Notes: a model not told the origin generated them from the sequence alone. Positions 26,001 to 31,326 are shown, counted from the stretch's first letter. The stretch: 32,000 nt of DNA from Mechercharimyces sp. CAU 1602 (GCF_024753565.1 NZ_JANTPT010000001.1:870513-902512); one strand, 5' to 3'. A program made the numbers and translations.

Positions 26001-28693
26001 GCGGCCAGAAGGTCGTCTTGACCGACAAAGCCGATGGCGTCGTCATCGCCGATAGCATCAAGCTAGTGGAGAAGGCGCCGATGAAGACGGATAAGAAAAC
26101 CTTCACCTACGATTACGACCTGAACGGCAACCTGACGGAGCTGGAAAGTCAGACGCCAGAAGCGGCAGAAGCCTACCGAATCGACTATAACGACCTCGGT
26201 CAAGTGGAAGCCCTGCAAAAAGTGGTGGGCGATCAGGTGCAGCAGACGGTCGGGTATGCCTATGATGTCAACGGTAACTTAACCAAGCGCGCGTATGGAG
26301 GCACCACGCAGACATACACCTATACCGAGCGCAACATGCTACAAGCGATCCAGGAACAAGGCAACGAGAGCGCCGACCCTCGCACGTGGTCGTATGCCTA
26401 CACCAAGCGGGGGCAAGTGAAGCAGACGAACGAGCCCAACGGCAACGTCACGCGCTTTGAGCACTACGCCGACGGCCTACTCAAAGCGAAGACCACGACC
26501 AAGGGCGATGGCACCGTGCTCAACCAGCACGAGCTCACCTACAACGAGAACGGTCACCGCATCGAAGAAGCCTTACAACTGCTGGACGCCGACGGGAACA
26601 AGGTGGAGAGCAACACGAAGTACGAATACGATCCCCGTGATCGCGTCACCTCGATGGTAAAAACGGGCGACAACCCGCTCACCGAGTCGGTGGTGTTAGA
26701 TGCCAACAGCAACATCGTTTCCCACACGCAAGATGGGAAAACGAAAACCTACACCTATGACCGCAATCGTATGATGACGCAGACCGCGGAGGGGAAGACC
26801 CAGCAGTACGACTACGACACCACCGGTCGCCTGCACACGGTTACCCAAGGGAAGCAGGTGGAAGAAAGCTACGCCTATGATGGCTTTGACCGCCTGAAGG
26901 AACACACCAAGCTTCAAGAAGATGGTACGCTGAACACATCTCAGTATACGTACGATGCGTTTGACCGGACAATGAGTAAAACCGGCAATGCAGGGACGGC
27001 AGAGGAGACAACCACCGACTTCCACTACCTGGGCTTGTCGGAGGAGATACTAAGCGAAGAAGTGGCCGGCAAGATTACGCGCTCCTACACGTACGCTCCC
27101 TGGGGACAGCGTCTCTCCATGACGCATCATGAAAAAGGAGAAACCTCCTACTACGGCACCAACACCCGCGGCGACGTGGAGATGTTGTATGATGAGAAGG
27201 GGAACGTCCGCGGCACCTACGGCTACACGATGTACGGCGAAGACCAACAAAGCGCCTTCACCGGAGTAGACCAACCGGGGAATGCCCTGTACAACCCGTA
27301 TCGTTACACCCAAAAACGCTGGGACGCAGATACCAACAGCTACGACCAGGGTTTCCGGAATTACAACCCAAGTCTAGGCCGCTTCCACACACGGGATATG
27401 TATAGCGACGCGGCACAGGATATGGGACTGGCGATGGGTTTAGCGACAAACAGTCGCTACGCATTCGCAGGAGGTAATCCGGTATCGTATAGCGAATTGG
27501 ATGGTCATATTCCGGTAAAAGAAGATACCAGGACGGCGATGAAGGATATCCAGGATGCAGGGTTTGACTATTCTCCAAGCAAGGGATTAACGCCAAAGCC
27601 AAATCCAAAGCCTAGGACAAAGCCGAAACCGAAACCATCTCCATCAACGAGCAGCAAATCGAGCAAACCATGTTATCAGAGTAAAACTAACTATGGTTGT
27701 GGTAGCACTAAGCCAAATGCAGCTGACAAAGTCATTATTGGAATGGGTACGCAGTTTGCCGATGGAGTGACCGGATTATGGGCTTGTGGTAGTGACGTGG
27801 CAGGTTGCTATAGTAGCACGGCTGATTTTTACAAGTTGGCATGGAATGATCCTACAGCAGCAGTAAGTCAGACTTGGAATGGTTCTGGGATTGTAGAAGA
27901 CTGGCGAGATGGCAATTATGGAGGTTCTATTGGAAGAACGATAACTTCAGCATTACCATTAGTAGCAGCCCGCAAGGCATTGAAAACACCTGAAATGTGT
28001 TTTGTTGCTGGGACATTGATTCTTACCTCAGATGGTGAAAAGCCCATCGAAGAAATCGAAGTCGGGGATAAAGTTCTCTCCAAAAACGAGAAAACAGGAG
28101 AGATGGAATACAAAGAAGTCACCCAACTCTTCCAGCGTGAAGTGGACGAGATTTACGAAGTTCATGTTGATGGAGAAATGATTGAAACCACGGATGAACA
28201 TCCTTTCTGGGTGAAAGGTCAAGGCTGGATGAGTGCACAAGATCTCCAGACAGGAGATGAGCTGGAAACCAGTGAAGGTGATTTCCTTTCAGTGGAGAAA
28301 GTAATCCGTAAGAAGCAGGAAAACCCCGTCAAGGTGTACAACTTTGAGGTAGCGGATTTCCACACGTATTTTGTTTCGGATCTGCATGTATTTGTGCATA
28401 ACAAGTGTGTAGTAGGTGATAAAGATGCATTTGTTCCGGAAGAACATTGGGAGAAAAAAGCTGAGCACTTTGGGACACCAGGAACCCAGTATGACCACTA
28501 CAGGTATTACAAAGGTAAGTGGGAAGAATCTAGAGTCATTTATGACTTTGCAGGTAGACAACAATATAGAGTAGATCTTGCCGATCACAGCATGCCTGAA
28601 TCACATTCTATTCCTCATTTACATGAATACAAGTATGATGATCCGGGATATGGAATAAAAGGAAAAGAGTTCGTTTATAATTTCTGGGAATAA
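17075..28693 (+). CDS. Secreted RHS/YD-repeat polymorphic toxin, 3872 aa. Order: signal peptide, 2x DNRLRE-like domain, FN3, Ig-like domain, YD repeats interrupted by 5 golvesin-C-like domains, RHS core, linker, Hint, C-terminal toxin
   Basis: A single uninterrupted ORF with SD GAGAGGAAA 8 nt upstream. The Sec-type signal is KRKRRW plus a hydrophobic core plus ALA|AG. There are many YD repeats (YTYD..GN, YEYD..GN, Y.YD..GR). The RHS core end reads YYGTNTRGDVEMLYDEKGNVRGTYGYTMYGE...NPYRYTQKRWDADTNSYDQGFRNYNPSLGRFHTRDMY...GGNPVSYSELDGH. Then follow the Hint domain and a variable tip. Confidence 0.95.
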   Translation: MSNKRKRRWIHKSFMILFVCIFLFTSVAPAPAALAAGSAPTSTNDALFGGSWAHVFSSVWLQTRATGEKVLAQVKEVFTTEEEEDKEGEEPTDPEEGKEESDDPPEIVKEREEERDAHTKVFELEDGRMQKEVSATPVHYENEKGEWEEIQLGVEASDESKFVLSNESNTFQTHFGKTADQLVRFEQGDHRIEMKALEASDVVPEGKEHQVVFKQLWQQTDLLYDIGPDSLKETIRMNSVPTNPVYTFEFTLTGLYAEQKEDGAIAFFSKKDDTLVYMIPKPFMMDSKEDPESPYGFSYSENVTQTMEADGDTLTVTLAADEEWLQAEERVYPVLLDPTIVLSPPEKESQDTYINSGNPDQNYDNTWQMKVGTSSGGSKYRGLVRFNLDTIPEGERLDQATLSLYYDQDIYLPEGGDTYSVPITVHKVKEAWDPDSVTWKYAGEGDNWKDGGAYDATALDQETKQVGHTNRWHRFNVTSTVQSWLNKSSKNYGFLLKAKTESNNHGGTVYVTSELYDPTIPVRPKLTLIYGQPSVTVKEPQKIHSTGAELEWSKFADGEEFVEYQVHRSTDQQFVPDASTLVTPIDDRFDIRFTDTTVEPTPIEDENRVGQIYYYMVAVKTKDGKLHPSSTVMAQLPKAGLTRVLVRGAEDTTLSSKKSSTNLNDIERYPWLQVGIKGNEYGTTRSVFDFDLSMIPEDAQVFDAQFQVWAWYMWRPQGVTGKAKYRLHELTHRFDESSATWKIAANGDNWTDGGQYDSTVLDEISEISNDSRWRTFDVTGVVGDWVTGKKKEYGFILKQADEGSEKNSERTLFLNSEAQETSLRPTLEVIYTTPTTESTYHTTDTPQVMEGGETYDIDITLTNTTDRIWKQGEQSVAYRWADLQTPQGTDRVNLPKDVKPGETIRLKAEVHAPQLKGKGAYRESRMIEWDLIDHNGKWLSEHAQGIPALQQAIVVESKPDAKKLGFEPDRGLITEPTGAGTALTANLFEGNTMFDYTPFANPSRGFATAPQMTYNSRDFSDSLVGPGWSFALTNMMRLGTPSNSKGVKMVNGKIESGKVFMIDGDGTQYSFTYDKGKKKFVGPKGIHLSLKLHSTKDKARMWKITAKDGSKYYFDDKGYVSETTDRNGIKMTYTYESRRIGNHNVKLLRYLTDTEGRRTIKVEYYSSKETSNLKIQQQVKRLTDISGYKVEFAYDHEGRLTQITEGAGSKEERKYQLSYEFNLLRTITDPKGNTTKAYYDDGGHLTKIIDRQGEETTIHYRTTLDDKEQPVTLVTDPMGRQMATTFNDQGKPIEVVNANNEKTRYEWDDELNLVKQIAPNDATATWTYDDNGNVLTYKSPLYHQQQQAQQQAAEEANVLEKLWDKVTGAVEKAPLVGTAGTTGKGYTQYAYDYREEGQVADLVQSVSPEGRVTTYEYNDEGHLLKVHAPQGNTLSSYDDAKKRYRVETSGNYTTTYTYHKGGLGLLESVKDAKGRVSRYTDYDANGQPQTITDPAGNVTRLHYGKRGEVLQVTDALGNTSTYTYDTFLRPLTSKVPKDASAGEYITIPAPVYDENDNIVKAVSPNGAHVTYTYNKNDWVTSATLPKDSEKGPIRKITYQYDKMGNLIRETQPKGNHQEGVITLDNRDDAHIASGIWGTSTNMPGYRGEDYQYNRVGGGDTFTWNFQLPEDGEYRVSVNYAQARDRAIDAPYTLKTKDGDVTKRVDQTTNGGTWVDLGIHPFASGANQIVQSDDASEGTYVIADAIRIEKVNEGEEKKETADGSTQYIYDRLNRVQAVVNSQGHRVTYEYDQVGNVTQVTEPKGVASDDPDDYRTTYEYDVNGRAIKETDALGNSIAFAYSPDGLLTRVTDEEGNVTTASYDQNGNLIEMRTPHDDGENVTQYVYDQVGNLTETITPRGVATSAKGDYTHKTIYDELDRVKEVIYPRDPNSQDPREREEQKLSYEYDPLSRITDIIAPASEGQALRNQTKLTYFDNGWIKETTDPHQIKTRYQYNDLGQTTQRTLLGEDGTKTREMTWDYFPDGKVKKEVDIGENRDIVVVESTDSKVEVDGIWNKSGVCTWDVSSFQDGTTNDDAEIYLTSTDPVRQSSVTFYQKEGGEWKEIGEDPAFVEKSRVVPARGEVKAVIKGPARGQVTYEMHEYDPDNPDEYIGKCTVDTSLRNVAGDGNQSFTWNVTPPQDGEYDVYAQYVSGSDRATDAPYTIHFEGGTDVKKVNQQESGSQWVWLGTYPFRAGSGGKVTLTDRANGTVSADSVRLVRRGEKEARFVDEDEDEGEAVDATTQLEKLTTTCTWKDAGAYADGPKEDPVHMAELYLKKDQADGKESHAVFYRGDKGKWTKLGEDTFTEQSAIVSFPETGELKVEITQPVGGESTFHLQEYDPDDNGENPDEYVGVCYADTKEPEQKWTFSDEITSVWIVDDADAFKDGTNGQAEFFLKKSRYDGKKTKAVFYEGRDGNWKKIGEDDGFTLKSSSVNYTPGGKLKIVVTQPLGGVSSLNLYEDDTEGLEDVHVASHALPTVLGDGFRWKGRGTGEGTFTWKLKTEESGEYTVYAHAAGGPTSATNAPYTIHHADGKTEKRVNQQAYAGEWVKLGTYRFDAGTSYPLVLSDEANGKVSADGIKMVWAGPTGAVIDNTDDAHVKAEGDWTERDDVTTECTWDGIDAYHDGTAPPLKAELYLEKDQADGQSTSVTFYDRSGDEWKKIGEDPDFLEKSAVASSEGKEAKAEITHAVDSTSTYHLMEYDPDDPVENEDEHIGSCDAQRPEGENYAQVEKGDGSSTFTWNLDLKQNGAYAIYVKGLKHSAYATDAPYTIHHESGTDTVNVNQRERGDEWTLLGTYPFQKGENPRVVLSNKANGTVVADSLKIVKAEPRELVFDNAEASANAGGSGWTTSSNVPGYYGKDYLWNEEGSGADTITWNLDIPKTMEYTVYARYLSYKDRASDAPYTIYHADGKKTVDVNQQERGSEWVELGTYSFDKGSGQKVVLTDKADGVVIADSIKLVEKAPMKTDKKTFTYDYDLNGNLTELESQTPEAAEAYRIDYNDLGQVEALQKVVGDQVQQTVGYAYDVNGNLTKRAYGGTTQTYTYTERNMLQAIQEQGNESADPRTWSYAYTKRGQVKQTNEPNGNVTRFEHYADGLLKAKTTTKGDGTVLNQHELTYNENGHRIEEALQLLDADGNKVESNTKYEYDPRDRVTSMVKTGDNPLTESVVLDANSNIVSHTQDGKTKTYTYDRNRMMTQTAEGKTQQYDYDTTGRLHTVTQGKQVEESYAYDGFDRLKEHTKLQEDGTLNTSQYTYDAFDRTMSKTGNAGTAEETTTDFHYLGLSEEILSEEVAGKITRSYTYAPWGQRLSMTHHEKGETSYYGTNTRGDVEMLYDEKGNVRGTYGYTMYGEDQQSAFTGVDQPGNALYNPYRYTQKRWDADTNSYDQGFRNYNPSLGRFHTRDMYSDAAQDMGLAMGLATNSRYAFAGGNPVSYSELDGHIPVKEDTRTAMKDIQDAGFDYSPSKGLTPKPNPKPRTKPKPKPSPSTSSKSSKPCYQSKTNYGCGSTKPNAADKVIIGMGTQFADGVTGLWACGSDVAGCYSSTADFYKLAWNDPTAAVSQTWNGSGIVEDWRDGNYGGSIGRTITSALPLVAARKALKTPEMCFVAGTLILTSDGEKPIEEIEVGDKVLSKNEKTGEMEYKEVTQLFQREVDEIYEVHVDGEMIETTDEHPFWVKGQGWMSAQDLQTGDELETSEGDFLSVEKVIRKKQENPVKVYNFEVADFHTYFVSDLHVFVHNKCVVGDKDAFVPEEHWEKKAEHFGTPGTQYDHYRYYKGKWEESRVIYDFAGRQQYRVDLADHSMPESHSIPHLHEYKYDDPGYGIKGKEFVYNFWE
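27958..28411 (+). repeat. Hint-coding repeat, copy 1 (in the expressed RHS gene)
   Basis: 454 nt, collinear with 29721..30175 (455 nt, the extra A) and, from 28034 on, with 31433..31810 (378 nt each). Confidence 0.9.
27998..28402 (+). other. Hint (pretoxin-HINT / bacterial intein-like) domain inside the RHS protein
   Basis: The domain starts at Cys (CFVAGTLILTSDGEKPIEEIEVGDKV), has a TxxH-type block (IETTDEHPFW) and ends ...HVFVHN. It spans about 135 aa with no endonuclease insert. Confidence 0.85.
28403..28693 (+). other. Variable C-terminal toxin tip (CT1), family not recognised
   Basis: KCVVGDKDAFVPEEHWEKKAEHFGTPGTQYDHYRYYKGKWEESRVIYDFAGRQQYRVDLADHSMPESHSIPHLHEYKYDDPGYGIKGKEFVYNFWE. It lies immediately after the Hint HN. 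Sequence diverges completely from the two downstream cassettes at this point. Confidence 0.7.
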
Positions 28694-28766
28694 TCATTGC
28701 AAGCAACCTGTCATAAAACACACATGACAGGTTGCTAATCAAATCGTAATAGGAGTCGTTATAACA

Positions 28767-29360
28767 ATGGAAAATTTTTTGGATGTTAAACCCCTCGATT
28801 GCTTTGTAGATGTAGACTCACAAGAAAAACTTGATGACTTCTTTAAATTAACACATAATCTTCATGATGGCTTAATTAAAGAGATGCATATCATAAATGA
28901 AGCCTATGTAGATAGTGATCTGTCAATGTCGGCTGATTTCCAATATAACCTCAGGATTCTCATTCAAAAGCAATGGAAAAATCCATCTGCGATAGAGATA
29001 TTACTTGGGAACGTTAGCAAATTAGATTTGGTGGAGTCCAACTATTTGTCTAATGCATTTGGTGAATACAAGGAAAATAAGATGAATGGGAAAAAAACTA
29101 TTAAACTCGATTTTGATTGTAATAGAATAACTTGTTCAAGGATGCTATATCGTGATGCTTCCAATTGGATGGGTAGAGAGAGTCGCTTTGGAGAAGAAAT
29201 TGTTCTATCCTCTCTAATGCCTGTAGAAGATTTAGGAGAGGGATGGTACATGTGTACAAATTGCACACATACTTGGAAGCCAAATAATCGATTAATCAAA
29301 CGTTGCCCAAATTGTGGGGGTAAGAACAGTGGATATGGATGGATAAGTAGCCCGAGTTAG
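28767..29360 (+). CDS. Putative cognate immunity protein for CT1, with C-terminal CxxC...CxxC zinc ribbon
   Basis: It is the first gene after the toxin stop, on the same strand, AT-rich, with no signal peptide. The C-terminal motif is CTNCTHTWKPNNRLIKRCPNCGG. The role is inferred from position only. Confidence 0.6.
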   Translation: MENFLDVKPLDCFVDVDSQEKLDDFFKLTHNLHDGLIKEMHIINEAYVDSDLSMSADFQYNLRILIQKQWKNPSAIEILLGNVSKLDLVESNYLSNAFGEYKENKMNGKKTIKLDFDCNRITCSRMLYRDASNWMGRESRFGEEIVLSSLMPVEDLGEGWYMCTNCTHTWKPNNRLIKRCPNCGGKNSGYGWISSPS

Positions 29361-29638
29361 ATATATATCTAAATAATGTGGACGTTTTGGCTTAAGTCTG
29401 ACTATAAACTCTAATTATTTGACCGCTTTTGACCGCTATACCAGAAAAACAGTGCTATCATGGTTGTGAGGTAGTTCATGGAGCTGAAACAGGACAATAC
29501 TTATAAGGAATATTCCAGTTGAACCGACCGACATGTTGTCAGTCAGTTAGCTGTTCACAGGCACCCGAAAGGGTGTTTTTGTTTGGAATAAAAAGGGGAG
29601 GGTCAACCGTCCACAATGAATAAAGAGGGTGTCCACCT

Positions 29639-29725
29639 GTGAAGAAACCACTACCGTTCTACAATAGCAAGGAGTGGAAGAAGGCACGTGAGTCGGTTCT
29701 GATACGTGGCAACTACCTGTATTAG
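29639..29725 (+). pseudogene. 5' fragment (28 codons) of an HNH-endonuclease-like gene, cut off at the orphan-cassette junction
   Basis: GTG-initiated VKKPLPFYNSKEWKKARESVLIRGNYLY* resembles the N-terminal FY.S..W...R..VL.RD.Y.C..C region of small phage-type HNH endonucleases. The reading frame ends where the Hint repeat begins (29721). Confidence 0.45.
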
Positions 29726-30175
29726 TAGCAGCCCGGAAGTTATTGAAAACACCTGAAATGTGTTTTGTTGCTGGGACATTGATTCTTACCTCTGAAGGCG
29801 AAAAGCCCTTCGGAGAAATCGAAATTGGGGATAAAATTCTCTCCAAAAATGAGAAAGTAGGAGAGATGGAATACAAAGAAGTCACCCAACTCTTCCAGCG
29901 TGAAGTGGATGAGATATACGAAGTTCATGTAGATGGAGAGGCCATTGAAACCACGGAAGAGCATCCTTTCTGGGTAAAAGGTCAAGGCTGGGTGAGTGCA
30001 CATGACCTTCAGTCAGGAGATGAGCTGGCAACTAGTGAAGGTGAATTTCTTTCAGTAGAGAAAGTAATCCGTAAGAAGCAGGAAAAACCCCGTCAAGGTG
30101 TACAACTTTGAGGTAGTGGATTTCCATACGTATTTTGTTTCGAATCTGCATGTATTTGTGCATAATCAGTGTGTA
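29721..30175 (+). repeat. Hint-coding repeat, copy 2 (orphan cassette 1)
   Basis: Starts at ATTAGTAGCAGCCCG and ends at ...GTGCATAATCAGTGTGTA. Differences from copy 1 are scattered and mostly synonymous or conservative. Confidence 0.9.
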
Positions 30176-30481
30176 TTAGATAAAGGGGCTCCAACTCATG
30201 TATACTTGGGTTTGAAAAATGGAGAAATTACTTATGTGGGAATTGCTAAAGATCCAGCCAAACGTGCTCAACAGCATGGAGATAGATTTGATTTGTTAAC
30301 ATCAATTACTACTGAACCATTGAGTAGAAGGAGGGCTCGAGCAATTGAACAGTCATTCATCAATGATAATCCTCACTTCTCGATTAAAATTAATAGCACC
30401 AGCCTGAGAAGATCATGGTATGATGATGCAGTTGAATGGGGAGATAATTGGAGAAGGAAAAATGGGTATAAGACAGATTAA
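29743..30481 (+). pseudogene. Orphan cassette 1: Hint domain plus GIY-YIG-like nuclease toxin (CT2), split by a +1 frameshift
   Basis: Track ORFs 29743..30111 and 30098..30481 are the two halves. Together they parallel residues LKTPEMCFVAG...VFVHN of the main gene. The A5 run at 30083-30087 replaces the A4 run of the main gene (28320-28323) and shifts the frame. There is no SD or promoter, and the frame has no ATG upstream of the Hint Cys other than the one immediately preceding it. Confidence 0.8.
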
Positions 30482-30569
30482 GAGTTACAACGTAGTTATG
30501 TAATAAAAGGTTAGGGGATGACATATTTATCCCCTACTTCCTGTTAATAATGAAAAGGGGTTATAACTC

Positions 30570-31058
30570 ATGGATCATTTGGTTAAGATGATTCCCTCAA
30601 GAAAAAGACCAAAGAGAGGGGACGTGTTTGTTATTCAGCCGAAAGAAGGCATCTATGCTTTTGGGCTTGTTGTTCGTATTAAGATTCCAAGTGAAAATTT
30701 GATGATTAATGGTATGAGCCTTGTATATGTATACAAGTTTCTTTCATTAAAAAAGGAAGTTCCAAAGGATCTGATGTCGCAAGATCTCCTTTTTCCACCC
30801 CAAATTATTAACAACCAAGGATGGTTAAAGGGTTACTTTCAAACAATAGGGTTCTTGGATATAACTGAATTTATGAAAAGAGATTATGGTTTTTGGGATA
30901 TTACTATAAAGAAAATAGTCGATGAAGAAGGAAATCCAATAAATCATAAACCTAAATATATCGGTGATTATGGAGTCGGAAGCTATGGATCGATTTCATA
31001 TGATGTGAAGCGTGCTTTAGATGAATTTCCTGAGTTGTTAGAGGGAATTAAGGGATAA
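30570..31058 (+). CDS. Putative immunity protein for the GIY-YIG-like orphan toxin
   Basis: A 162-aa ORF directly downstream of CT2 on the same strand, AT-rich, with SD AAAGGGG 9 nt upstream and no signal peptide. The role is inferred from position. Confidence 0.55.
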   Translation: MDHLVKMIPSRKRPKRGDVFVIQPKEGIYAFGLVVRIKIPSENLMINGMSLVYVYKFLSLKKEVPKDLMSQDLLFPPQIINNQGWLKGYFQTIGFLDITEFMKRDYGFWDITIKKIVDEEGNPINHKPKYIGDYGVGSYGSISYDVKRALDEFPELLEGIKG

Positions 31059-31249
31059 TTTTCGCATTGTTACTCAAATATATGTGGATCGGCTATAGTA
31101 GATTGGACCGGAAAATTAAGGTCGAGTTTGACCGGGAACAATGAAGGGAGTAAACTGTACAGGCTTATGAGTGTAGTCCAGAAGAGTAGAGTGAGGGGAA
31201 TTAAATCCTTGCTCTACTCTTCGTTTATTCAATTCAGCGCTATGACGCC

Positions 31250-31326
31250 TACGGGCCGTACCCTGAGCAAAACGGGCAACGCAGGCATGGAAACGGAAGA
31301 GACAACCGCCTTCGCTTACTTGAGTC
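31250..31326 (+). pseudogene. Diverged relic of RHS-core coding sequence
   Basis: GRTLSKTGNAGMETEETTAFAYLS parallels DRTMSKTGNAGTAEETTTDFHYLGLS of the main gene (about 26960-27032). It is embedded in the otherwise meaningless track ORF 31128..31355. Confidence 0.6.

Noticed and set aside
27998-28402. Hint domain considered as a true protein-splicing intein or homing element
   Set aside because: There is no homing-endonuclease insert. The residue after the terminal Asn is Lys or Gln, not Cys, Ser or Thr. The downstream sequence is variable in the three copies, so there is no conserved C-extein to ligate. A cleavage-only pretoxin-HINT/BIL role fits better.
17213-28588. Many further antisense or out-of-frame ORFs inside the RHS gene (for example 17213..17851, 19034..19696, 24473..25123, 25613..25948, 26696..27025, 27258..27608)
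   Set aside because: All are nested in the continuous 11.6-kb + strand frame, which has coherent domain content. None has an SD or recognisable motifs.
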